Made by a program: the position numbers and the translations under genes
DNA from: Lentisphaeria bacterium
Lineage (GTDB): Bacteria; Verrucomicrobiota; Lentisphaeria; JABSQK01; JAWLHB01
Assembly (NCBI GenBank): GCA_041690595.1
Contig: JAWLHB010000005.1
Span: 124,001 to 188,000, forward strand
Direction: 5' to 3'
DNA length: 64,000 nt
Shown here: in pieces, positions 20,017-29,935 of the stretch
Layout: each line of letters starts with the position of its first letter
Position numbering within the stretch: position 1 is the stretch's first letter
The notes under the pieces: model-generated
Told to the model about the DNA's origin: nothing
Database searches by the model: none
What the model saw: the letters and a program-made list of their open reading frames with translations, nothing else

Positions 20017-20993
20017 CGCTGCTGATCGGATCGTTGACCATCGGACTCATCCTCTCCCTCCTCGCCTTCGGCGTCTACATTTCGTTTCGCATCTTCAATT
20101 TCGCGGATATCACAGCTGACGGATCCTTCACGCTGGGGGCTGCGGTGGCGGCGGTACTGCTGACGGCGACTTGGCCCACTGCCGTGCCGGTCGGCATGCA
20201 GCCCCTCCTCGCCACGCTGATTGCGGCTATCGCCGGGCTGGCGGCGGGCGCGGTGACGGGCATTCTGCACACCCGCTTCAAGATTCACGGACTGCTGTCG
20301 GGTATCCTGGTGATGACCGCGCTCTACTCGGTCAATCTGCGGGTGATGGGGCGCAGCAACATCCCCCTGATGGGCGCAGCCAACCTGCCGGAGCAGGCCG
20401 GAGCGATCGGCCAACGCCTGGCGGGCAACGCACGGAGCGTCGAACTCCTGGGCTGGATCATCCCCGTGAAGGACCTGGCGGTCCTCGGCGGCGCCCTTGC
20501 CATGGCGCTCCTGACCGGATTCCTCCTCTACCTTTTCTTCCGCACCAACCTGGGAACCGCGATGCGCGCCACCGGGGACAACGACCAGATGATGCGGGCG
20601 CAGGGAGCGCATACGGGCAACATGCTGATCGTCGGGCTCGCACTGTCGAACGGTTTCATCGCCGGCTCGGGTGCCCTGCTGGCACAGTACCAGGGTTTCG
20701 CGGATGTCCAGATGGGTATCGGCATGGTGGTCTGGGGGCTGGCCAGCGTTATCATCGGTCGGGCGCTGGTAGGGAGCACCCATCTGGGGCTGACGATTGC
20801 GGGCAGCCTCATGGGCGCCGTCCTCTTCCGCCTGCTCGTGGCAGTCGCCCTGCGCCTGGGGCTGAACCCCAACGACCTGAAACTGGTCACGGCGATCTTC
20901 GTCTTCGTCGCGCTGATCCTGCCCCTGATCGCGGACAAGCTGCGCCAGACAGCCGCGCGCATGAGTCGCGGCAAGGAGCTACCCCATGCTTAA
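20013..20993 (+). CDS. ABC transporter permease
   Basis: Hydrophobic; FADITADGSFTLG, LSGILVMTALYSVNLRVMGRSN and QYQGFADVQMGIG motifs. Confidence 0.92.
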   Translation: MTLLIGSLTIGLILSLLAFGVYISFRIFNFADITADGSFTLGAAVAAVLLTATWPTAVPVGMQPLLATLIAAIAGLAAGAVTGILHTRFKIHGLLSGILVMTALYSVNLRVMGRSNIPLMGAANLPEQAGAIGQRLAGNARSVELLGWIIPVKDLAVLGGALAMALLTGFLLYLFFRTNLGTAMRATGDNDQMMRAQGAHTGNMLIVGLALSNGFIAGSGALLAQYQGFADVQMGIGMVVWGLASVIIGRALVGSTHLGLTIAGSLMGAVLFRLLVAVALRLGLNPNDLKLVTAIFVFVALILPLIADKLRQTAARMSRGKELPHA

Positions 20994-21798
20994 GATCCAG
21001 AACGTCAGCAAGACCTTCAATGCGGGCACGACGAACGAAGTGCGGGCGCTCTGCGATGCCAGCCTGGAGGTCGCGGACGGCACCTTCGTCATCGTCATCG
21101 GCACCAATGGCTCCGGAAAATCCACCCTCCAGAACCTGATCGGAGGTAGCTATCCCCCAGATACCGGGCGCATCGAACTCGGCGGGTATGACATCACCCG
21201 CTGGCCCGAACACCGCCGGGCAAAGCTCATCGGCCGCGTCTTTCAGAACCCCTTCAGCGGCACCGCCCCAAACATGAGTATCGCCGAAAACCTCGCCCTC
21301 GCTTACCGGCGCGGACAACCTCGCGGCCTCGGCTGGTTGATCGGACGACGTCTCCGCGAGGAACTCCGCGATCGCGTCCGACAGCTCGACATGGGCCTCG
21401 AGGATCGTCTCGACAATGTCATCGGCAGCCTCTCCGGCGGCCAGCGCCAGGCACTCACCCTCCTCATGGCTACCCTCGTGCGACCGAAACTCCTCCTCCT
21501 CGATGAACATACCGCCGCCCTCGATCCAAAGACCGCCGACCAGGTCATTCGCCTCACCCGCGAAATCGTCGCCCGCGAACGCCTTACCACCGTGATGGTC
21601 ACCCATTCCATGCACCAGGCCGCAACCTTGGGCGATCGCCTGATCATGATGGTACGCGGCCAGATTCTGCACGATATTACAGGTATCGAGAAACGCCGCC
21701 TGCGGGTCGAGGATCTGCTCGCCCGCTTCGAAGAAGTACGACGGGCGGATCGCCTTGATACGGCCGCCGCCGAACTGCTGCGAAACTGCTACATCTGA
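20986..21798 (+). CDS. ABC transporter ATP-binding protein
   Basis: GTNGSGKST Walker A, LSGGQRQ signature, LLLLDEHTAALDP. Confidence 0.95.
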   Translation: MLKIQNVSKTFNAGTTNEVRALCDASLEVADGTFVIVIGTNGSGKSTLQNLIGGSYPPDTGRIELGGYDITRWPEHRRAKLIGRVFQNPFSGTAPNMSIAENLALAYRRGQPRGLGWLIGRRLREELRDRVRQLDMGLEDRLDNVIGSLSGGQRQALTLLMATLVRPKLLLLDEHTAALDPKTADQVIRLTREIVARERLTTVMVTHSMHQAATLGDRLIMMVRGQILHDITGIEKRRLRVEDLLARFEEVRRADRLDTAAAELLRNCYI

Positions 21799-21814
21799 AC
21801 CAAAGGACATCATC

Positions 21815-22165
21815 ATGAGCCTGACCATTGCCATCGAACCGGGAGTCTCCATCACCGTCGTCTGCCCCAAGGGACGGCTGGATGGAACTGGCGCGCCCCT
21901 CCTCGAAAGCCAGTGCACCGAACTGATCGACGGTGGCGCGAGCCGCCTGATCATCGACATGGAAGGGATCGAGTACATCAGCAGCGCTGGCCTGCGCTGC
22001 ATCCTCATTGTCGCCAAAAAAACCAAGGCCGCCGGCGGAGCCGTCGCCCTCTGCAGCCTCACCGAACTGGTCGGCAACGTCGTGACCATGTCCGGCTTCG
22101 ACAACTTCCTGACGGTCGCACCCGATCGGGACGCGGCCACGGCGGCACTCGCGAACCCGGCATAA
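21815..22165 (+). CDS. STAS anti-sigma factor antagonist (RsbV/SpoIIAA-like)
   Basis: GRLDG..IEYISSAGLR; AAGGA RBS. Confidence 0.9.
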   Translation: MSLTIAIEPGVSITVVCPKGRLDGTGAPLLESQCTELIDGGASRLIIDMEGIEYISSAGLRCILIVAKKTKAAGGAVALCSLTELVGNVVTMSGFDNFLTVAPDRDAATAALANPA

Positions 22166-22174
22166 GGAGTCTCC

Positions 22175-23149
22175 ATGGGGAGCGCGCTGCGTCATCTTTA
22201 TCGCGCCCTGCTGGCCCTCCTTGGCGGCATCGCCGTGTCGGGAGAGCCGGAGCCGGTGCGTCTGGTGCTGCACTGGCTGCCGCAGAGCCAGTTCGCCGGC
22301 TATTACATGGCGCGCGACCAGGGCTACTATGAACAGGCCGGGCTGGAGGTGACCTTGCTCCACGCCGGCCCGGGCATGATGTCGTCGGCGGATTTTTTGC
22401 GGACCGAGAAGGCGGAGTTCGCCACGATGTTCCTGAGCGATGCGATCGTCCTCCGGGACGAGGGACTGCCCCTGCGTAACGTGGCACAGATCGTCAACCG
22501 CTCGAACCTGATGCTCATCGCCTGGAAAGGCCGCGAGATCACCGAGCCGAAGGATCTGCAGGACCAGCCCCTGAGCATGTGGCAGGGCTCCTTCTCCGTC
22601 GCCTTCGAGGCCTTCTTCCAGCAGCGGGGGATCGCCCCGCAAATCGTGCCGCAGCACTACAGCATCGACCTCTTCCTCCAGCGCGGTGTGGTCGCCTGCG
22701 CCGCCATGGAGTACAACGAGTATCATCGCCTTTATCAGGCAGGAATCGACTATGAACAGATGACGGTCTTCCTCATGCGTGACTATGGCCTCGGTTTCGT
22801 CGAGGACGGCCTCTATTGCCTGGATACCTTCCGCGAACTGCATCCGGAACTAACTGCCGCGATGAGGAAGGCCACGCTCCAGGGCTGGGAGCATGTGCAG
22901 GCTCACCCAGAGCAGGCGCTCGACACCGTGCTGGCGGAGGCCAGGCAGGCGGGGGTCCCCGTCAACCGACCCCATGCGCGATGGATGCTCGACCACATCC
23001 TTGCCTCCGTCTTTCCCACCGAGGCCGACCGCCGCTTCGGCGAGCTGAGCCCGCGGGATTTCTCGACCGCACTGCTGGCCCTGATGGCTGCGGGCAAGGT
23101 GCAACAGCGCCTCGAAGCTGCCGACTTTACCCATGCCGGGGAGGAATGA
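22175..23149 (+). CDS. NMT1/THI5-like periplasmic substrate-binding protein
   Basis: Signal peptide; LHWLPQSQFAGYYMA..GYY..GLEV, YNE and LQGW motifs. Confidence 0.85.
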   Translation: MGSALRHLYRALLALLGGIAVSGEPEPVRLVLHWLPQSQFAGYYMARDQGYYEQAGLEVTLLHAGPGMMSSADFLRTEKAEFATMFLSDAIVLRDEGLPLRNVAQIVNRSNLMLIAWKGREITEPKDLQDQPLSMWQGSFSVAFEAFFQQRGIAPQIVPQHYSIDLFLQRGVVACAAMEYNEYHRLYQAGIDYEQMTVFLMRDYGLGFVEDGLYCLDTFRELHPELTAAMRKATLQGWEHVQAHPEQALDTVLAEARQAGVPVNRPHARWMLDHILASVFPTEADRRFGELSPRDFSTALLALMAAGKVQQRLEAADFTHAGEE

Positions 23150-25068
23150 TGGGCAACTTCTGGACAATTCGCCGCCGAATGATGGGCTGGGTCCTCGGGG
23201 TCGTCAGCCTCATCCTCTTGAGCGTGATTGCATGGAGTTACCTCACCAGCCGGCGACAGGTAGAGCGGGAGGCCGAAGAGAGGGTCAGGTACCTCACGGA
23301 AGGTGCCGCCAGCCACATCGAGTCCATCGTCGGCCGCCTCGAAGGCATTGTCGACGGGATGGCTCTGGCGCTGGAAAGCTGCGGCATGCAGCTGCCCTTC
23401 GAGCAGGCTCGCACCATGCAGGACGCGTGCCTGCGCGCCAATCCGGAAATCCTCGGCGTCTGCATCGCCGTCGAACCGGAGATGGCGCCGCCCGGCTGGA
23501 GCGACCTGTCGCCATGGGCCTACATCGAGCAGGGCGAGCTGCGGTACGAAGATCTGTCCGGCCCCGATCACCGCCACATGGTCGAAGAGTGGTTCAACCT
23601 GCCCAAGTACCTCGGCCGCCCGATCTGGAGCGAACCCTACGACTGGCAGGGACTCCTGATGGTCACCTACTCGGTGCCGATCGAGGTCAACGGCACCTTT
23701 GCCGCCGTGGTCACCTGCGATGTCAGCCTGGAATGGCTCACCGAGCTGATCTCCGCGCTCCCCCTGGGCGACAACGGCTATGGCTTGCTGACTACCCGCA
23801 ACGGCACCTACATCAGCCATCCCCTGCCGGAGCTGGTCCTCAACGAATCGATCTTCAGCGTGGCCGAGGAACGAGGCGACCCGGCCATGCGGGAACTCGG
23901 CCAGCAGATGGCACGCGGCGAAAGTGGCATCGTCCCCTTTGTCAGCTTCCTCACGGAGGAACCCTCATGGCTCGCCTTTACGCCAGTGCCCTCCACCGGC
24001 TGGACCATGACCTGCCTCTTCTCCCAAGCCGAGCTGCGCCAGCGGCTTGTCAGGCTGGCGCGCGAACAGCTCGCCATCGGCGCCTGCGGCCTCCTCCTGC
24101 TGTGGCTCGCTGTCTCCCTCATATCGCGCAGCATCACTCGCCCCGTCGGAGCACTCGAAAAGGGTGCCGCACGACTGGCGGGCGGCGATCTCGACGCCGA
24201 CCTCCCCGCGCCCAAAGGCGAGGACGAAGTGGCCCACCTCACCCGCGCCTTCAACCACATGCGCGACGAACTCAAGAAGCATATCCGCGATCTGGAGGAA
24301 ACCACCGCCGCGCGCGAACGCATGCAGAGCGAACTGCGCGTCGCCCATGACATCCAGATGAGCCTCGTCCCCAAAACCTTCCCCCCCTTCCCAAGGCGGC
24401 ACGACCTCGACCTCTTCGCCGTCATCGAGCCCGCCCGCGAGGTAGGCGGCGACTTCTACGACTTCTTCACCCTCGATGACGATCACCTCGTGGTCGCCAT
24501 CGGCGACGTTTCCGGCAAGGGAGTCCCTGCTGCCCTCTTCATGGCCGTCACCCGCAGCTTCCTGCGCAGCTTCTTCCGCACGACCAGCAATCCCGCGACG
24601 GTCATGACACAGGTCAGCGACGAGCTGGCGGACGGAAACGACGCCTGCATGTTCGTCACCCTCTTCTGCGCCGTGATCCAGCTCACCACCGGCAGGATGC
24701 GCTATGCCAACGCCGGGCACAACCCGCCTGTCATCCTGAGGCCCGATGGCGACACGCGGCTGATCGAGGCGCCGAGCGGTCCGGTCGCCGGCGCCTTCGT
24801 CGGTGCCGCCTACGCCTGCGGCGAGATCGACCTGCCCGACGATCATTCCCTCCTGCTCTATACCGACGGGGTGACGGAGGCCATGAACAAACCGCAGGAA
24901 CTCTACGGCGAAGAACGACTCCTCGCGGCCATGCCACAGGCTGCCACCCAAAGCTGCCAGGCGCTGATCGAACACCTGGTGACCGAGGTCAAGGCCTTTG
25001 TCGATGGCGCGGAACAGTCAGACGATATCACCATGCTGGCCGTCCGGCGTCGGCAGGCCAAGGGATAA
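23146..25068 (+). CDS. Membrane sensor phosphatase: Cache-HAMP-SpoIIE/PP2C (RsbU-like)
   Basis: Two TMs flanking a Cache region (WF..P..WSEPY); HAMP (DEVAHLTRAFNHM); VGGDFYD, DVSGKG, NAGH, YTDGVTEA and DDIT motifs. Confidence 0.93.
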   Translation: MMGNFWTIRRRMMGWVLGVVSLILLSVIAWSYLTSRRQVEREAEERVRYLTEGAASHIESIVGRLEGIVDGMALALESCGMQLPFEQARTMQDACLRANPEILGVCIAVEPEMAPPGWSDLSPWAYIEQGELRYEDLSGPDHRHMVEEWFNLPKYLGRPIWSEPYDWQGLLMVTYSVPIEVNGTFAAVVTCDVSLEWLTELISALPLGDNGYGLLTTRNGTYISHPLPELVLNESIFSVAEERGDPAMRELGQQMARGESGIVPFVSFLTEEPSWLAFTPVPSTGWTMTCLFSQAELRQRLVRLAREQLAIGACGLLLLWLAVSLISRSITRPVGALEKGAARLAGGDLDADLPAPKGEDEVAHLTRAFNHMRDELKKHIRDLEETTAARERMQSELRVAHDIQMSLVPKTFPPFPRRHDLDLFAVIEPAREVGGDFYDFFTLDDDHLVVAIGDVSGKGVPAALFMAVTRSFLRSFFRTTSNPATVMTQVSDELADGNDACMFVTLFCAVIQLTTGRMRYANAGHNPPVILRPDGDTRLIEAPSGPVAGAFVGAAYACGEIDLPDDHSLLLYTDGVTEAMNKPQELYGEERLLAAMPQAATQSCQALIEHLVTEVKAFVDGAEQSDDITMLAVRRRQAKG

Positions 25069-25074
25069 GCACCG

Positions 25075-25479
25075 ATGAACGCTACGCTGCATCTCCATGT
25101 CGACGCCACCGAAGAGCCCCTCTTTCAGGCCATGAACCAGGTCGAAGCATTCGTCAGCGGGCACGACCTCCCGCCCGGCCTGGCCTTCGCTATCCAGCTC
25201 ACCGTCGAGGAGCTGGGTACCAATATCGTCAAGTACAGCGGCGCCCCCTCCTTCACCATGGAACTGCAACTTGCCGGCCGCCCCACCCTGACCCTTCGCG
25301 ATTCCGGCCGCCCCTTCGATCCATGGTCCGATGCTACCTTGCCCGACCTCGATCAGCCCCTCGAAGAACGTCCCATCGGCGGCCTGGGCCTCCACATGAT
25401 CCGCCAGCTCGCCGCCGCCTGCAACTATCAACGTCTTGACCATCAGAACATCATCACCGTTACCTTCAACACGGAGTAG
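25075..25479 (+). CDS. Anti-sigma factor / Ser kinase (RsbW/SpoIIAB-like HATPase_c)
   Basis: EELGTNIVKY N-box, DSGRPFDP, IGGLGLHMIR. Confidence 0.9.
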   Translation: MNATLHLHVDATEEPLFQAMNQVEAFVSGHDLPPGLAFAIQLTVEELGTNIVKYSGAPSFTMELQLAGRPTLTLRDSGRPFDPWSDATLPDLDQPLEERPIGGLGLHMIRQLAAACNYQRLDHQNIITVTFNTE

Positions 25480-25484
25480 TACAC

Positions 25485-26141
25485 ATGCTTAGTTTCGCCG
25501 AAGAGATTTACCTTTTGTCCCTGGACGACACCACCGGCAAGATGGCTGTCGCCGAGGAGCGCGTCGTCTTGGGCGCCGCCCTCGTCGGCGCCGTCCTGGG
25601 TGAACTCTCCTTCATGGAACGCATCGACTCCGACAAGGATGACCTGATTCTCCTGGATACCTCGCCCACCGGCAACCCGATTCTCGACTGCGTGCTCACG
25701 CCACTGCGCGCCACCGGCTGGGAACGTCTGCCCCTCCGGCAGGCTCTCGATCAACTCCAGGATGTCGGCGGTGAACTCGAGCGCCTGGCGCGCCAGTCGA
25801 CCATCGCCAAAGGGATCGTCGAGGAAAAGAAGGAACGGCTCTTCTGGGTGATCTCCACCCGCCGGTACCCCGTCATCGACAACCGCGAGCTGGTCGACGT
25901 CGAGCGTCGCCTCCGGGCGATCGTGACCGATCCCGAACTCCTGCCCGATCCCCGCGATACGGTGCTCATCGGTCTGGTCGAGATGTGCGGACTCTTCGAA
26001 GAGATACTCTCTCCACGCGAGTACCGTCGCCACGCCGAGCGCATCCGCCAACTGGCGCGCCTGGATCTCGTCAGCCAGAAGGTACGGCAGAACGTCGCCG
26101 CCTACTACGAAGCGCTGGCGGCACGTGGCTACATCGGCTGA
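25485..26141 (+). CDS. GPP34/GOLPH3/VPS74 family protein
   Basis: LSFAEEIYLLSLDD..G, GAVLGEL, PTGNPILD and RRYP motifs. Confidence 0.85.
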   Translation: MLSFAEEIYLLSLDDTTGKMAVAEERVVLGAALVGAVLGELSFMERIDSDKDDLILLDTSPTGNPILDCVLTPLRATGWERLPLRQALDQLQDVGGELERLARQSTIAKGIVEEKKERLFWVISTRRYPVIDNRELVDVERRLRAIVTDPELLPDPRDTVLIGLVEMCGLFEEILSPREYRRHAERIRQLARLDLVSQKVRQNVAAYYEALAARGYIG

Positions 26142-26147
26142 AGAGCT

Positions 26148-26366
26148 TCATTCATCCAGCGTACTCTTGTCCGGCGGCGGTGCTTTCCGCCGCCGCGAGC
26201 TTTCGCTTGATGACAGCCAGCGAACAAAGCCTTCCGCAAGCAGCCCCAGCAAGGCCACCCCGGGCCCCGACTTCGGGGCGCCTGGCCTCTGCTGCCCACA
26301 TCTGCCCAGACCGCGACCACTTCCCGCTCCGCGCCCACCTGGCCCAGTTCCATCTCGATTTGGCAT
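26148..26366 (-). CDS. Small DUF5320-like Gly/Arg-rich protein
   Basis: MPNRDGTGPGGRGAGSGRGLGRC matches the N-terminus of the paralogue at 28490; GAGGA RBS; own sigma54-type promoter. Confidence 0.75.
   Translation of the reverse strand: MPNRDGTGPGGRGAGSGRGLGRCGQQRPGAPKSGPGVALLGLLAEGFVRWLSSSESSRRRKAPPPDKSTLDE
26172..26195. terminator. Hairpin at the convergent gene ends (possible terminator)
   Basis: CGGCGGCGG-TGCTTT-CCGCCGCCG perfect 9-bp stem 30 bp after the GPP34 stop; weak U tract. Confidence 0.4.
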
Positions 26367-26412
26367 GATCCTCGTCCTCATGGTTGAGGGTTGTACGTCA
26401 TACTGCTTCACG

Positions 26413-26429
26413 AGCAGAAGACGTGCCAA
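26413..26429 (-). promoter_or_regulatory. Sigma54 promoter for the 26148..26366 gene
   Basis: Minus strand TTGGCACGTCTTCTGCT, GG-N10-GC. Confidence 0.75.
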
Positions 26430-26518
26430 GGGGCGGGAGGCCCGGGCACGTGACTCCGTTTGAGCCTGCAACCACACCCATGCAGCCCGGGCGTTTCCCA
26501 GGGGAATTCCCCATACTC

Positions 26519-26530
26519 ATGCAGAATGCA
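26519..26530. promoter_or_regulatory. Candidate enhancer (UAS) site for the sigma54 activator
   Basis: ATGCAGAATGCA; reverse complement nearly identical to 27952-27963; about 90 bp upstream of the 26429 promoter. Confidence 0.55.
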
Positions 26531-26533
26531 CGG

Positions 26534-27889
<1,356 letters not shown>

Positions 27890-27918
27890 CTCGCCACCCC
27901 TCAATCCCGTCGATAAGA

Positions 27919-27963
27919 TTGCGTTTTGCATGAATGACTACGATCAACAGTAGCATTCTGCAT
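27919..27963. promoter_or_regulatory. Tandem candidate UAS sites (TTGCGTTTTGCAT and TAGCATTCTGCAT)
   Basis: Two imperfect palindromes 32 bp apart, 70-110 bp upstream of the 28032 sigma54 promoter. Confidence 0.6.
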
Positions 27964-28031
27964 GCTTCTCGTCAACCTCAACACACCCCCTCACGCTCGC
28001 CGCTCCCCCCTTTCCCAGCTTCAGCTTCATC

Positions 28032-28047
28032 TGGCATCAGCTGTGCT
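28032..28047 (+). promoter_or_regulatory. Sigma54 promoter for the ORP-like operon
   Basis: TGGCATCAGCTGTGCT, GG-N10-GC, divergent from the bEBP gene. Confidence 0.7.
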
Positions 28048-28058
28048 ATCGGGAATCC

Positions 28059-28430
28059 ATGACAAGAATAGCCATACCATTCTGGAAAGGACGTGTAAGC
28101 CCGGTCTTCGATGTGGCCGGCAATGTACTCATCGTCGACATCGAAGACGGAGCAGAGCGGTCACGCCGGAATGAGCCCTTTACGGAAATGGACCCTCAAC
28201 GTCGTGCGGCACATCTGGCCGCCACTGGAGCCAAAACACTCATCTGCGGCGCCATCTCCAAGCCGCTGGAGGTGGCCATCGTATCGGCGGGACTGGAACT
28301 GATTGCACAAACCTGCGGCGGCTTGGAGCATGTACTCACCGCCTACATGAATGGCAGCCTCTCCGATGGCGCCTACAGGATGCCCGGGTGCCGCGGACGG
28401 CGACGGCGGCGCGGTGCCGCCGGATGGTAA
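28059..28430 (+). CDS. NifB/NifX (FeMo-cofactor-binding / ORP) family protein
   Basis: IAIP..RVSPVFD..LICGAIS; Arg-rich tail [12 protein letters not shown]. Confidence 0.85.
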   Translation: MTRIAIPFWKGRVSPVFDVAGNVLIVDIEDGAERSRRNEPFTEMDPQRRAAHLAATGAKTLICGAISKPLEVAIVSAGLELIAQTCGGLEHVLTAYMNGSLSDGAYRMPGCRGRRRRRGAAGW

Positions 28431-28489
28431 TTTCTCAACACCGACAACGAGGCCCAAGTCGGCCTCACACAGACAAAGGAGGCACGAAA

Positions 28490-28828
28490 ATGCCAGCAGG
28501 AGATCGAACAGGACCAAGGGGAATGGGAGCGATGACGGGCCGCGCGGCCGGATACTGCGCGGGCAACGCGGTTCCCGGCTACGCGAACACCGGCTGGGGA
28601 CGCGGTGGCGCGGGTCTGGGGCGAGCCTTCGGGCGCGGTCTGGGCCTTGGATTCCGCGGCGGCCGTGGCAGGGGAGCAGTGGCGTATGCCCCACCCTATG
28701 CCATGCCGGCAAGCGAACAGGAACATGCCGCGGTTCAGGATCAGGTTGCCTGCCTGCTGGATGCCCTGGAAGGCATTCGCAAGCGGATCGACGATCTGGA
28801 ATCGGCGAAACCAGCCGCGCAAGGCTGA
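28490..28828 (+). CDS. DUF5320 family protein
   Basis: MPAGDRTGPRGMGAMTGRAAGYCAG, Gly/Arg-rich middle, coiled-coil tail; AAGGAGG RBS. Confidence 0.85.
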   Translation: MPAGDRTGPRGMGAMTGRAAGYCAGNAVPGYANTGWGRGGAGLGRAFGRGLGLGFRGGRGRGAVAYAPPYAMPASEQEHAAVQDQVACLLDALEGIRKRIDDLESAKPAAQG

Positions 28829-28957
28829 CGCGACTGAAAGCAAAGCAAGGGGCTGTTGTCGTCTCTGGTTCCATCGGAAGCCAGACCAACTCCAGCCCCA
28901 TTTCACCGTCAGGCATGAACACCTGGCACCACCTTCACCACGTCAAAGGCACGGCAC

Positions 28958-29935
28958 ATGTCGACATCCCACTATAAGTATCTCTTTGGCCCCGTGCCGT
29001 CCCGCCGCTTTGGCCGCTCACTGGGCATCGATCTGACCCCATTCAAGACATGCAGCTTCGATTGCATCTTCTGCCAGCTCGGCCCAACCACCAACACGAG
29101 CTGCCAACGCCGCGAGTACGTCCCCGTCGATCAGGTAATCGACGAAGTGCAGGACTGGCTCGAGACTGACGGAGCTGCCGACTACATCACCCTGGCCGGT
29201 AGCGGCGAACCGACTCTGAACTCGGGCTTCGGTCGTCTTATCGACTTCGTACGCAGCGCTACCACCATCCCCGTGGCCCTGCTCACCAACGGCTCCTTGC
29301 TCTCCGACCCGCAAGTCCGCGCTCAATGCGCACGGGCCAACGTCGTCAAGGTATCGCTGAGCGCCTGGGATCAAAGCTCCATGGAGACCATCAATCGCCC
29401 CCACCCCCAGATCCGCTTCGACCAACTGGTCGAAGGCCAAAGGCTGCTGAGGAAGGAGTTTTCGGGGCAGCTCTGGATGGAGCTTTTCCTCATGGACAAC
29501 GTCAATGCGGAGACGACGCAGGTAGCCAGGATCGCCACTCTGGCGCGAAGCATTGCGCCGGACATTGTGCAACTCAACACCGTCGTCCGGCCGCCATGCG
29601 AGGACTATGCCACCGCCGTCTCCGAAGACCGAATGCTGGCCCTTGCCGAGCTTTTTCAACCGGCGGCGGAAGTGATCGCCGAGTTCACCGGTACCGCCTC
29701 CGGAAGAACCCAGGCAAACGAGGCTGACATTCTTGAAATGGTGCAACGCCGCCCCTGCACCCTCGAAGAGATATGCCAGGTCTTCTCCATGCATCGCAAC
29801 GAAGCATCGAAGTACCTGGGCAAACTGACCCGTCGCGGCCAGGCAGTCCAGATTCGAAATGCCGGAGCCCTCTACTTCTCCGGCCTTCGCAACAAGCCAA
29901 CCAGCGCCCAAACGAACAAGGATACGCCCGAATGA
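28958..29935 (+). CDS. Radical SAM protein (COG0731-like) with C-terminal HTH-like region
   Basis: FGPVPSRRFGRSLGID, CSFDCIFC, GSGEPTL and LTNGSLL motifs. Confidence 0.92.
   Translation: MSTSHYKYLFGPVPSRRFGRSLGIDLTPFKTCSFDCIFCQLGPTTNTSCQRREYVPVDQVIDEVQDWLETDGAADYITLAGSGEPTLNSGFGRLIDFVRSATTIPVALLTNGSLLSDPQVRAQCARANVVKVSLSAWDQSSMETINRPHPQIRFDQLVEGQRLLRKEFSGQLWMELFLMDNVNAETTQVARIATLARSIAPDIVQLNTVVRPPCEDYATAVSEDRMLALAELFQPAAEVIAEFTGTASGRTQANEADILEMVQRRPCTLEEICQVFSMHRNEASKYLGKLTRRGQAVQIRNAGALYFSGLRNKPTSAQTNKDTPE

Noticed and set aside
28923..28940. TGGCAC at 28924 and 40591 as further sigma54 promoters
   Set aside because: No GC at the -12 position (GG-N10-GC not satisfied).
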